64,000 bases of DNA from Squalus acanthias (Eukaryota): positions 3,224,001 through 3,288,000 of the forward strand of contig CM059432.1 of the NCBI GenBank assembly GCA_030390025.1, read 5' to 3'. The notes under the pieces are model-generated. The model made no database searches and was not told the origin of the DNA. It saw only the letters and a program-made list of their open reading frames with translations. The translations under genes and the position numbers were made by a program. This document shows positions 26,601-38,400 of the stretch, in pieces. Within the stretch, counting starts at the first letter, position 1. Every line of letters starts with the position of its first letter.

Positions 26601-27360
26601 AACAACAACAACTTGCATTTATAAAGCGCCTTTAACGCAGTAAAAACGTCCCAGGGTGCTTCGCAGGATCGTAAATTGATACCGAACCAAAGGAGGCCGT
26701 ATCAGGACAGGTGGTCAAAAGATTGGTCAAAGAGGTAAGTTTGAAGGAGCTTCAGAAAGGAGAGAGAGAGCGCGAGAGAGTTGGGAGAGGTTTAGGGAGG
26801 GAATTCCAGAGCTTAGGACCCAGGCAGCTGAAGGCACGGCCGCCAATGGTGCGGTAAAAGGAAGTGGGGGACGCGCAAGGGGCCAGAGTTGGAGGAGCGC
26901 AGAGATCTCAGGAGTGAAAACACAGCAGACATGCTCACTGGGTGGTCATTTTAGGTTAAAAAGGTTACGAACATTATACTGTGAACAGTCACAGTGAATC
27001 CCTCCATGGCCTCGCCCTACACCCCCCCCCCATCTCTGTAACCTCCTCCAGCCCTGCCACCACCTGCGCTCCTCCAATCCTGTCCTCTTCAGCATCCCTG
27101 ATTTTAATCGCTCCACCATTGGCGGTCGTGCCTTCAGCTGCCTGGGTCCTAAGCTCTGGAATTCTCTCCCTAAATCTCTCAGTCTCTCTCTCCTCCATTA
27201 AGACGCTCCTTAAAACCTCCCTCTTTGACCAAGCTTTTGGTCACCTGTCCGAATATCTCCTTATGGGGCTCGGTGTCAAATTTTGTCTGATAATCGCTCC
27301 TGTGCAGCGCCGTGGGACATTTTACGACGTTAAAGGCGCTATAGAAATACAAGTTGTTGT
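26601..27360. mobile_element. Two L2 LINE 3' ends in inverted orientation (~26601-26913 -, ~26998-27360 +)
   Basis: Both carry the L2 tail ggcgct.ta.aaat.caagttgttg and GGRAF..PKLWNSLP coding remnants. Confidence 0.85.
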
Positions 27361-28013
27361 TTTTGAAAGGAACATTATACCATAAAGTTAGTGAATCGGG
27401 GCTGGAGACCAGTTATCCAATTAACAAGTCGATTACTAAACCTCTAACACGTAGATAAAGAATTTCTTGCGGATTCAAAATTATGAGGTGTTTTGATGGA
27501 GTAAATAAGGAGAAACTGTTTCCACTGGAAGGAGGGTCGGTAACCAGAGGACACAGGTTTCAGATAATTGGCAAAAAGTGCCCTGGGGGAAGAGGAGGAG
27601 ATGGATTTTTTTTTTTTTACGCAGCGAGTTGTGATCTGGAATGCGCTGCCTGAAAGGGCGGTGGAGCAGATTCAGTAGTAACTTTCAAAAAGGGAATTAG
27701 ATAAATACTTGAAAAGGAGAAATTTTCAGGGCTGAGGAAAGATCAGGGGAGTGGGACTAATGGGAGAGCTCGTTCAAAGAGCCGGCACAGGCACGATGGG
27801 CCGAATGGCCTCCCTCTGTGCTGCATCATTCTATGACTGAATGATCTGCAGCACAGCTGGACGATTTTATAGAGTAATAATTTTTTAACTGATTCTTGGG
27901 AATTCCTGATTTATTGTCTTGGGCGTCTTGCAGCAGTTTGTTAGCATAGTGACTGCACGGTCCTGCTCACCTGCGGGTTTCTGATGCAGTATACCAGGAG
28001 TCTGGTGACAGTA

Positions 28014-28479
28014 AAAGAAAGGCTTGCATTTCTATAGCGCCTATCACGACCAACGGACGTCCCAAAGCGCTTCACAGCCAATGAAGCACTTTTTGAAGTG
28101 TAGTCACTGTTGTAATGTGGGAAACGCGGCAGCCAATTTGCACACAGCAAGATCCCACAAACAGCAATGTGATAATGACCAGATAATCTGTTTTTAGTGA
28201 TGTTGATTTAGGGATAAATATTGGCCCCAGGACACCAGGGGAGAACTCCCTGCTCCTCTTTGAAATAGTGTCCGTGGGATCTTTTGCGTCCACCTGAGAG
28301 CGCAGACGGGGACCTCGGTTCAATGTCTCATCCTGAAAGACGGCACCTCCGACAGTGCCGCACTCCCTCAGCACTGCCGAGTGTCAGATTAGATTTTTGT
28401 GCTCAAGTCTCTGGAGTGGGACTTGAACCCACAACCTTCTGACTCAGAGGCGAGAGTGCGGCCCACTGAGCCACGGCAG
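28014..28479 (-). mobile_element. DeuSINE (SacSINE1-like), near full length
   Basis: Reverse complement of the family at 34587-35050. Confidence 0.85.
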
Positions 28480-28649
28480 ACGCCAGCTGATATTACATCC
28501 ACATTATAGATTCCACGCCCTCTACACAGCTCCTCACCTTGCTCTATATTTCTGGAAAAAAGTTGTGTGTAAACCATATATTGTGCAGATTAATGTGGAT
28601 TTAAAGCACGTGAACGATACACATTTTATCCTTTACAGTACCAGACTAA

Positions 28650-30800
28650 CTTACACAGAATTTACAGCACAGAAACAGGCCATTCAGCACGACTGCTCCG
28701 TGCCGGGGTTTCTGCTCCACACGAGCCTCCTCCCACCCCTCTTCATCTCACCCATCAGCATATCCTTCTATTCCTTTCTCCCTCATGTGTTTATCTAACG
28801 TACCCTTAAATCCATCTGTGCTATTCACCTCAACCACTCCCTGTGGTAGCGAGTTCCACATTCTCACCACTCTCTGGGTAAAGAAGTTTCTCCTGAATTC
28901 TCTATTGGATTTATTCAGGACTATCTCATATTGATGGATCCTAGTTTTGGTCTCCCTCACAAGTGGAAATATCTTCTTGACATCTACGCTTCATAATTTT
29001 AAAGACCTCTATCAGGTCACTTCTAAGTCTTCTCTTTTCTAGAGAAAAGAGCCCCAGCCTGTTCAGTCTTTCCTGACAGTTATAACTTCTCAGTTCTGGT
29101 ATCATCCTGGCAAATCATAGTCATAGAGTCAAGAGTTATACAGCACAGAAAGAGGTCCTTCGGCCCATCGTGTCTGCGCCAGCCATCAAGCCCTATCTAT
29201 TCTAATCCCATTTTCCAGCACTTGGTCCGTAGCCTTGTATGCTATGGCGTTTCAAGTGCTCATCTAAATGCTTCTTGAATGTTGAGGGTTCCTGCCTCTA
29301 CCACCCTTTCAGGCAGTGAGTTCCAGATTCCAACCACCCTCTGGGTGAAAAAGTTTTTCCTCAAATCCCCTCTAAACCTCCTGCCCCTTACCTTGAAACT
29401 ATGCCCCCTGGTTATTGACCCCTCTACTAAGGGGAAAAGTTCCTTTCTATCTACCCTATCTATGCCCCTCATAATTTTGTACACCTCAATCAGGTCCCCC
29501 CTCAGCCTTCTCTGCTCGAAGGAAAACAACCCCAGCCTGTCCAGTCTCTCTTCATAGCTGAAGCGCTCCAGCCCAGGTAACATCCTGGTGAATCTCCTCT
29601 GCACTCTCTCTAATACAATCACATCCTTCCTATAGTGTGGCGACCAGAACTGCACACAGTATTCCAGCTGTGGCCTAACTAGCGTTTTGTACAGCTCTAT
29701 CATAACCTCCCTGCTCTTATATTCTATGCCTCGGTTAATGAAGGCAAGTATCCCATATGCCTTTTTAACCACCTTATCTACCTGTCCTTCTGCCTTCAGG
29801 GATCTATGTACATGCACACCAAGGTTCCTTTGTCCTTCCTAGGGTCCTACCATTCATTGTGTATTCCCTTGCCTTGTTAGTCCTCCCAAAATGCATCACC
29901 TCACACTTTTCAGGGTTAAATTCCATTTGCCACTGTTCTGCCCATCTGACCAACCCGTCTATATCGTCCTGTAACCTGAAGCTTCCCTCCTCGCTATTTA
30001 CCACTCCACCAATTTTCATGTCATCTGCGAACTTACTGATCATACCTCCTACATTCATATCTAAATCATTAATGTACACTACAAACAGCAAAGGACCCAG
30101 CACCGATCCCTGCGGTACACCACTGGACACAGGCTTCCAGTCACAAAAACAACCTTCGACCATCACCCTCTGCCTCCTGCCACTAAGCCAATTTTGGATC
30201 CAATGTGCCAAACTGCCCTGGATCCCATGGGCTCTTACCTTCTTGACCAGTCTCCCATGCGGGACTTTGTCAAAAGCCTTACTGAAGTCCATGTAGACTA
30301 CATCAACTGCACTACCCTCATCCACACACCTAGTCACCCCCTCGAAAAATACAATCAAATTGGTTAGACATGATCTCCCCCCTAACAAAGCCATGCTGAC
30401 TATCCTTGATTAATCGAGTCCATCCTGAGGTGAAATCATAGAAGCATAGAAATTTACGGCACAGAAGGAGGCCATTCGGCCCATCGTGTCTGTGCCGGCC
30501 GACAAAGAGCTCTCCAGCCTAATCCCACTTTCCAGCTCTTGGTCCGTAGCCCTGTAGGTTACGGCGCTTCAAGTGCATATCCAAGTACTTTTTAAATGTG
30601 ATGAGGGTTTCTGCCTCTATCACCCTTTCAGGCAGTGAGTTCCAGACCCCCACCACCCTCTGGGTGAAAAAGTTTTCCTCAACTCCCCTCGAATCCTTCT
30701 ACCAATTACTTTAAATCTCTGCCCCCTGGTTACTGACCTCTCTGCTAAGGGAACTAGGTCCTTCCTGTCCACTCTATCTAGGCCCCTCATAATTTTATAC
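28650..30800 (-). mobile_element. Cluster of CR1 fragments, including an RT-containing piece at ~29116-30413
   Basis: GRSCLTNL..YMDFSKAFDKVPH..GVPQGSVLGP..FADD..; [17 protein letters not shown]; flanked by shorter CR1 tails. Confidence 0.92.
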
Positions 30801-31294
30801 ACAAATCTGTGAAGACTCGAGCAATAAGTACAATGCATTTGAGTGGCAAAAATCAATCGCATCAGCTAGGTCTAGGTAAGGTGTAACGCACAGCTTTTAT
30901 TTTGGTGCAGCGTTTAAGTGAACATTTTTTTTTTGAAATACCAAGAAATCATGTACTCGTTCTGGAAAACTGGTGAAACAGCAGAGAAGGTTTCAGTTAC
31001 GTATTTACAGTTGAACGAGAGAATCAATATCAAAGTGAACATTAAAGGGTCATTAAAAAAGCACCCAAGGCAGCAGCATTGATTTAAACCTCCCAGCTGA
31101 ATAAAGTGGCAACAAAAGGCAGGATGAGAGGTAATGGGATAAAGCCATTTTAACAGCTGCAGCATCTTAGATATTCTCAAGTTTAAAAGCAACTGGATCA
31201 TTACCTCTGAACTTGATGTTTTCCCTCTCCTTTTAGTAAATCTACACCTCAACAGGATAAAGGACAAAGCACGTCAACCAAAGTACAAGGAATA

Positions 31295-32370
31295 TCGTAG
31301 AATAGTACAGCACAGAAGGAGGCCATTCGGCCCATCGAGTCTGTGCCGGCTCTTTCGAAGAGCAATCCAGTTAGTCCCACTCCCCCGCTCTTTCCCCATA
31401 TCCCTGCAATGTTTTCTCCTTCAAGTATTTATCCAATTCCCTTTTGAAGGCTACTATTGACTCTGTATCCACCGCCCTATCAGGCAGCGCATTCCAAATC
31501 CTAACCACTCGTTGCATAAAAAAGTTTTTCCTCATGTCGCCTCTGGTTCTTTTGCCAGTCACCTTAAATCTGTGTCCTCTGGTTATCGACCCTTCAGCCA
31601 TTAGAAACAGTTTCTCTTTATTTAATCTGTCTAAACCCTTCGTGATTTTGAACACCTCTATCAAATCTCCTCTTATCCTTCTCTGCTCCAAGGAGAATGA
31701 CCTAAAAGAATCTCGTTGTACGCACATAATTTAAATGTATAGGTCTGAAAAAAAACTAAGTTAAGCATAAGGAAGTTACGCTAAACCTTTATAAAATCAC
31801 ATTAGGGCTTAGCTGGAGTATTGTGTCCAATTCTGGGCACCACACTTTAGGAAGGATGTCACGGCCTTGGAGCGGGTGCAGAGGAGATTTACTAGAATGG
31901 TACCAGGGATGAGGGACTTCAGTTGTGTGGAGAGGCTGGAGAAGCTGGGGTTGTTCTCCTTAGAGCAGAGAAGGTTAAGGGGAGATTTAATAGAGGTGTT
32001 CAAAATTATGAAGGGGTTTTGATAGAGTAGATAAGGAGAAACTGTTTCCAGTGGCAGGAGGGTCGGTAACCAGAGGACACAGATTGAAGGTGATCGGCAG
32101 AAGAACCAGGGAGAGAGATGAGGACATTTTAAAATTTATTTTAATAAACTCAGCGAGTTGTTGCGATCTGGAATGCGCTGCCTGAAAGGGCGGTGGAAGC
32201 AGATTCAATAGTAACGTTCAAAAGGAGAATTGGATAAATACTATAAAAGGAAAAATTAGCAGGGCTCTGGGGAAAGAGCAGGGGGAGTGGGACTAATTGG
32301 AGAGCTTGTTCAAAGAGCCTGCACAGGCACGATGGGCCGAACGGCCTCCTCCTGTGCTGTATCATTCTAG
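31295..32370. mobile_element. Two CR1 3' fragments in opposite orientation (~31295-31700 -, ~31765-32370 +)
   Basis: [29 protein letters not shown] on each strand. Confidence 0.85.
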
Positions 32371-32639
32371 GATATTGGCCACATACGTGCACATGTTAAA
32401 AATGTTGGTATTTGGCTTCTCCAATTTCTCCCCTCTCTCACGAAAGGTACTGATTCAATTTCAAGTACATTTCTACTGACAATCTCCAGCTTTACATCCA
32501 AATGCCCAAACTCCGTGCAAGGTTCAGACAGCGAGTGACAGTAGGCTATTTGACAATTGGGGCCATCACAGCTGAGCCATCCGTTCTTCACCTGACGCGT
32601 ATTTCCTGGCAGGGGGGGTTCACTAGACAGTTATCCTCG

Positions 32640-33024
32640 CTTTCAAATCCCTCCATGGCCTTGCCCCTCCCTATCTCTGTAACATCCTCCAGCCCTACAA
32701 CCCCCCACCGAGATCTCTGCGCTCCTCCAATTCTGGCATCTTGAGCATCCCTGATTTTAATCGCTCCACCATTGGCGGCCGTGCCTTCAGCTGCCTGGGC
32801 CCCAAGCTCTGGAATTCCCTCCCTAAACCTCTCCGCATCTCTACCTCTCTCTCTCCTTTACGACGCTCGTGAAAACCTCCCTCTTTGACCAAGCTTTTGG
32901 TCATTTCTCCTAATATCTCCTTGTGTGGCTCGGTGTCAAGTTTTGTTTTATAACACTTCCTGTGAAGCACCTTGGGACGTTTTACTACATTAAAGGCGCT
33001 ATATAAATACAAGTTGTTGTTGTT
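32640..33024 (+). mobile_element. L2 LINE 3' fragment (further copies ~21057-21342, 41178-41417, 45200-45780 and 53982-54590, all minus)
   Basis: FKSLHGLAP.YL..LLQ..RSS..GGRAF..PKLWNSLP; (ttg)n tail. ORF 54095-54430 shows HWLPV..FKILILVFKSLHGLAP. Confidence 0.88.
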
Positions 33025-33808
33025 ATCAGGAGCGGGATACTGGAGGAAGGGTTAATTTTCTCCCCATTCATCCACTCGGTAGGACTGGGGTCAAGTGAGA
33101 TTGCGTTCAGCGCAAATCGGGAACCGGACTGTGTATGGCTCAGTACCACTTTCTATCCATTGTGATGTTTGCTCTCCACCCTTGCAGTGGTGAACAGGAG
33201 CCAAGACCCTGCATACAGCGACCGCACGAAAGTGACAAGCCCAGGAGAATTTGGGAGGTTGGGGCGGAAAGGAATCGAGGTGCAAGGGGAAGCGACCAGT
33301 GTACACCCGACTCGGTGAGAGTCCCAGAGACCGGCAGCCAAGCAACAAGCGGTGTCTACGTGTTGTAAGTTGTAAAAGGGCTCGTTGCATCGAAGGCCGC
33401 CCGTAGTTCGGAATTTGCGAGTGTCCGTGGCCTCAAGAGTGTCCCTCGTGTATTTCGCCATGCAAGTTATTCGGGGGGTCTCAATAATCATAGAACAGTT
33501 GCAGCACAGAAGGAGGCCATTCGGCCCCTCGGGCCCGTGCCGGCTCTCAGCTAGTCCCACTCCCCCCGCCCTTTCCCCGCAAATTTTTTTTCCTTCGGGT
33601 ACTTATCCAATTCCCTTTTGAAAGTCATGATTGAATCTGCCTCCACCACCCTCTCAGGCAGTGCATTCCAGATCCTAACCGTTTTGGGGGGTGGGTGCGG
33701 GGGTGGTGTCCGTTTATACAGGTTTCACTGCAGTTACCAATAAATCCAATCGGGAATTCAGGAGAAACTTCTTTGCCCAGAGAGTGGTGAGAGTGTGGAA
33801 CTCGCTAC

Positions 33809-34336
33809 CAATGTTCCCTCTAATTTGCGGTCCCCTTAAATTTGCTGCGCGGTGGCATAGTGGTTAGCACTGGTGTCTCACAGCGCCAGAGACCCGGGTT
33901 CGAATCTGACCTCGGGTGACTGTCTGTGTGGAGTTTGCACATTCTCCCCGTGTCTGCGTGGGTTTCCTCCGGGTGCTCCGGTTTCCTCCCACAGTCCAAA
34001 AATGTGCGGGTTAGGTTGATTTGGCTATGATAAATTGACCCTTAGTGTTAGGGGGGGATTAAATTTATGGGGATAGGATGGGATATGTTAGGGGGAATTA
34101 AATACGTGGGGTTACGGGGGTAGGGTGGGATATGTGTACTGTGGGGATTAAAGCAGGGACAGGGTACTGGATTTGGATGATCAGCCATGATCGTATTGAA
34201 TGGTGGAGCAGGCTCGACGGGCCGAATGGCCTACTCCTGCTCCTAGATTCTATGTTTCTATGTATCTCTTCCCGGTGAGCAGGCTGCCCGCGGCCTCGCC
34301 GTCGTTGCGTGGCAACGCACGTTAGGGGGAACATTG
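33809..34336. mobile_element. hAT-type MITE with 8-bp TSD, inserted in a CR1 tail and hosting an HE1-like SINE
   Basis: TIRs CAATGTTCCCTCTAA / TTAGGGGGAACATTG; TSD ctcgctac (33801-33808) / ctcactac (34337-34344). Confidence 0.85.
33851..34262 (+). mobile_element. HE1-like V-SINE
   Basis: tRNA head (tggcatagtggttagc, gggttcgaat), V-domain (gtggagtttgcacattctccccgtgtctgcgtgggtttcctccgggtgctccggtttcctccca) and CR1-type tail. Confidence 0.88.
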
Positions 34337-34586
34337 CTCACTACCACAGGGAGTGGTTGGGGCCAATAGCACAGATGCATTTAAGGGGAGGCTAGATAAA
34401 CACACGAGGGAGAAAGGAATAGAAGGATCTGCTGATGGGGTGAGATGAAGAGGGGTGGGAGGAGGCTCGTGTGGAGCATAAACACCGGCACGGAGCAGTT
34501 GGGCCGAATGGCCTGTTTCTGTGCTGTAAATGCTTTGTATTTCTAGGTAAATGCTGCAAGTAGCAATACAAGAGTGGATTTGAGAC

Positions 34587-35050
34587 AGCTGTGGCTCAGT
34601 GGGCAGCACTCTCGCCTCCGAGTCAGAAGGTTGTGGGTTCAAGTCCCACTCCAGAGACTTGAGCACATAAATCCAGGCTGACACTCCCAGTGCAGTGCTG
34701 AGGGAGTGCTGCACTGTCGGAGGTGCCGTCTGTCGGATGAGACGTTAAACCGAGGCCCCGTCTGCTCTCTCAGGTGGATGTAAAAGATCCCACGGCCACT
34801 ATTTCGAAAGAGAGCAGGGGGGAGTTCTCCCTGGTGTCCCGGGGCCAATATTTATCCCTCAAATCAACATCACTAAAACAGATTATCTGGGTCATCACTA
34901 TATTGCTGTTTGTGGGAGCTTGCTGTGCGCAGATTGGCTGCTGCGTTTCCCACATTACAACAGTGACTCCACTTGGAAAAAGTACTTCATTGCGTTTTGG
35001 GAAATCCTGAGGTCGTGAAAGACGCTGTAGAAATACAAGTCTCTCTTTCT
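34587..35050 (+). mobile_element. DeuSINE (SacSINE1-like), full length with Pol III boxes
   Basis: A box TGGCTCAGTGG 34592-34602, B box GGTTCAAGTCC 34636-34646, Deu core and L2-type tail. Further copies at ~11577-11810, 39099-39548, 40080-40392, 41688-42041, 51705-52100, 57995-58205 and 58666-58870. Confidence 0.88.
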
Positions 35051-35584
35051 GGCAATTCTATAGTCACAATAAAATATATCTGAGCATTAAATGTTGGACA
35101 GGCTTGCCCAGAAAAACATCTCGTGTTTCCTTCCCCTTTGCTTCTCTCACCATCCTTCCCAGACTGCTCTAAAATAAAAATCCCCTCCAGCTAATTAGAA
35201 GAGTCGAAAACCAGTTCCCTTTTGATGAAGCTGTTCATTACGGGGCTTTCAAAATTCCTTTTGCTCAAAGCCGCTATTTAAACTATATATCAAATACCGA
35301 TTCACAATTTGTCCATCTTTCAGCGGCTTTTTATGACAGCTCCATTAGGGAATCCTTCTATCCTTTCTACGCTCCACATTCATGACTTGTGGAAATGTGT
35401 TGTCCTAATTATTCTACCTCGATTATTGAAATGGAAGACTGGATATTTTTCCACTCGGTGCCAAGCAACAAGCGCAATGCGCCTTATTCAAGTCAACATG
35501 ACCGTTGACACACTAAGCTAACCGCGCAGGGAGCGCTTGCCGAGGCAAATTGCCATCAAACTCTTAACGCTCGATTCGGCGTAT

Positions 35585-38400
35585 CTGGATGTTTTACTAG
35601 AATGGTACCAGGGATGAGGGGACTGTAGTTATGGGCAGAGACTGGAGAAGCTGGGGTTGCTCTCCTTAGAGCAGAGAGAAGGTTAAGGGGAGATTTAATA
35701 GAGGTGTTCAAAATTAGGAGCGTTTTTGATAAGAGTAGAGAGGGCGAAACGGTTTCCACTGGCAGGAGGGTCGGTAACCAGAGGACACAGATTTAAGGTG
35801 ATTGGTGAAAGAGCCAGAGGGGGAGATGAGGAGAATTTTTTTTTTTTTTTTTTACGCAGCGAGTTGTTGTGATCTGGAACGCGCTGCCTGAAAGGGCGGT
35901 GGGAGCAGATTCAATAGTGACTTTCAAAAGGGAATTGGATAAATACTTGAAAATTTTCAGGGCTATGGGGAAAGAGCAGGGGGGGAGTGGGACTAATTGG
36001 AGTGCTCTTTCAAAGAGCCGGCACAAGCACGACGGGCCGAATGGCCTCCTTCTGTGCTGCGAGATTCTTTGCGATAAATGCAAGTCGTTGTTCATAGAAA
36101 TTCATAGAAACTTACAGCACAGAAGGAGGCCAACTGTTTTAAAATTATTGATGGAATCAGCTTCCACCACCGTTTCAGGTCGAGCGTTCCAGATCCCCAC
36201 AACTCAGTGAAAGAATTTCTCCTCATCTCCCATCTCGATCTTTTCCCAATGATTTTGAATCTATGACCCCTGGTTACTGACCCCCTCACCAGAGGGAATA
36301 GTTTTTCTCTATCGACTCTATCAAAACCTCTCATCATCTTGAAAACCTCCCATTAGGTCACCTCTTGACCTTCTCTGTTCCAAGGAGAACAGTCCGAACC
36401 TTTCCAACCTCTCCTCATAACTGAAGTCCCTCATTCCCTGGTCACATCCTGGTAAACCCCTTCTGTACCCTTTCATAGAATCATAGAAATTTACAGCAAA
36501 GAAGGAGGCCATTCGGCCCACTGTGTCCGTGCCGGCCAACAAAGAGCTATCCAGCCTAATCCACTTTCCAACTCTTGGTCCATGGCCCTGCAGGTTAGAG
36601 CATCCCAAGTGCACATCCAAGTACTTTTTAAATGTGATGAGGGTTTCTGCCTCGATCACCCTTGAAACGAATCTTGTCATTCATGGGAAATGACTTATGA
36701 CATAATACTGGGCGGCCTGCTGGTGGCGCTGTCCAGGGAGAGTATAAATACTCGGGCATGGGCCCAGCTTGCTCAGGACATTCTTTAACAGGAACTAGTG
36801 AAGTACAACTAGACCTCCATGTTGTAAAACAGTTGATTAAAGCTTTGTTTAACGCTTAGACCAAGTGTCTAGTAATTTTCTTACGTCAACCCTTTCAGGC
36901 AGTGAGTTCCAGACCCCCATCGCCCTCAGTGAAAAAATGTCTCCTCAAATCCCCTCTAAACCTCCGACCAATTACTTTAAATCTATGCCCCCTGGTTATT
37001 GACCTGTCTGCTAAGGGAAATAGGTCCTTCCTATCCACTTTATCTAGGCCCCTCATAATTTTACACACCTCAATTAAGTCTCCCCTCAGCCTCCTCTGTT
37101 CCAAAGAAAACAACCCCAGCCGATCCAATCTTTCCTCATAGCTAAAATTCTCCAGTCCTGGCAACATCCTCGTAAATCTCCTCTGTACCCTCTCCTGTGT
37201 AATCACATCCTTCCTGTAATGTGGTGACCAGAACTGTACACAGTACCCTAGCTGTAGTCTAACTAGTGTTTTATACAGTTCAAGCATAACCTCCCTGCTC
37301 TTGTATTCACTAGAGTTTAGAAGAATGAGAGGGGATCTCATTGAAACGTATCAAATTCTGACAGGGCTAGACAGACTGGATGCAGGGAGGATGTTTCCCC
37401 TGGCTGGGGGGGTCTAGAACGAGGGGTCACCGTCTCAGGATACAGGGTAGGATATTTAGGACTGAGATGAAGAGAAATTTCTTCACTCAGAGGGTGGTGA
37501 ACCTGTGGAATTCTCTACCACAGAAGGCTGTGGAGGCCAAGTCACTGAATATATTTAAGAAGGAGATAGATAGATTTCTAGACACAAAAGGCATCAAGTG
37601 GTATGGGGAGAGAGCGGGAATATGGTATTGAGATAGAGGATCAGCCATGATCTCATTGAATGGCGGGGCAGGCTCCTGCTCCTATTTTTCGATGTTTCTG
37701 TGTTCCCGTTAAGCTGTGTGCCCTGTGGCGGCGGTCTGGAGGTCCCGCGCAGGCCGCTCACTGGCTTTTAAATGGGAGAAACCGCGCATGCGCGAAATTT
37801 GAATGGGCCGCGTACCCAAAAAAGAGGGAACATTGGTGGTGAGAATGTGGAACTCGCTACCACAGGGAGTGGTTGAGGCGAATAGTGTAGATGCATTTAG
37901 GGAGACACTGGATAAACACATGAGGGAGAAAGGAATAGAAGGATATGTTGATGGAGTGAGATGAAGAGGGGTGGGAGGAGGCTCGTGTGGAGCAGAAACA
38001 CCAGCACGGAGCAGTTAAGAAGGAGAGAGACAGACAGATTTCTAGACACAAAAGGCATCAAGGGGTATGGGGAGAGAGGGGGTATGGGGAGAGAGCGGGA
38101 ATATGGTATTGAGATAGAGGATCAGCCATGATCATATTGAATGGCGGAGCAGGCTCGAAGGGCCAAATGGCCTACTCCTGCTCCTATTTTTCTATGTTTC
38201 AATATTCTATTACTTTCTAAGGCCTTGACATCTTTCCTGGAGTGTGGTGCCCAGAATTGTCCACAATACTCCAGCTGAGGCCTAACCAGTGAGTTATAAT
38301 GTTCTAGTATGATCTCTTTGCCGTCATGTTATTCGACTGCTCTTCTTATAAACCCAAGTAACCCACATGCTTTCCTGACCAGCTCATCAACTTGCCCTGC
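35585..38400. mobile_element. Dense nest of CR1 3' fragments on both strands
   Basis: Repeated RGDLIE/TRGH/FFTQRVV/WNSLP remnants and CR1 tails; hosts the solo LTR and a MITE. Confidence 0.85.
36663..36888 (+). mobile_element. Solo LTR (226 bp) with 5-bp TSD
   Basis: TG...CA ends; accct duplicated at 36658-36662 and 36889-36893; TATAAATA at 36743-36750; ATTAAA at 36836-36841; interrupts a CR1 at caccct|ttcaggcag. Confidence 0.8.

Noticed and set aside
34587..34660. tRNA genes
   Set aside because: The A/B-box sequences are SINE heads that continue into Deu or V domains; the same applies at 33851, 60823 and 62164.
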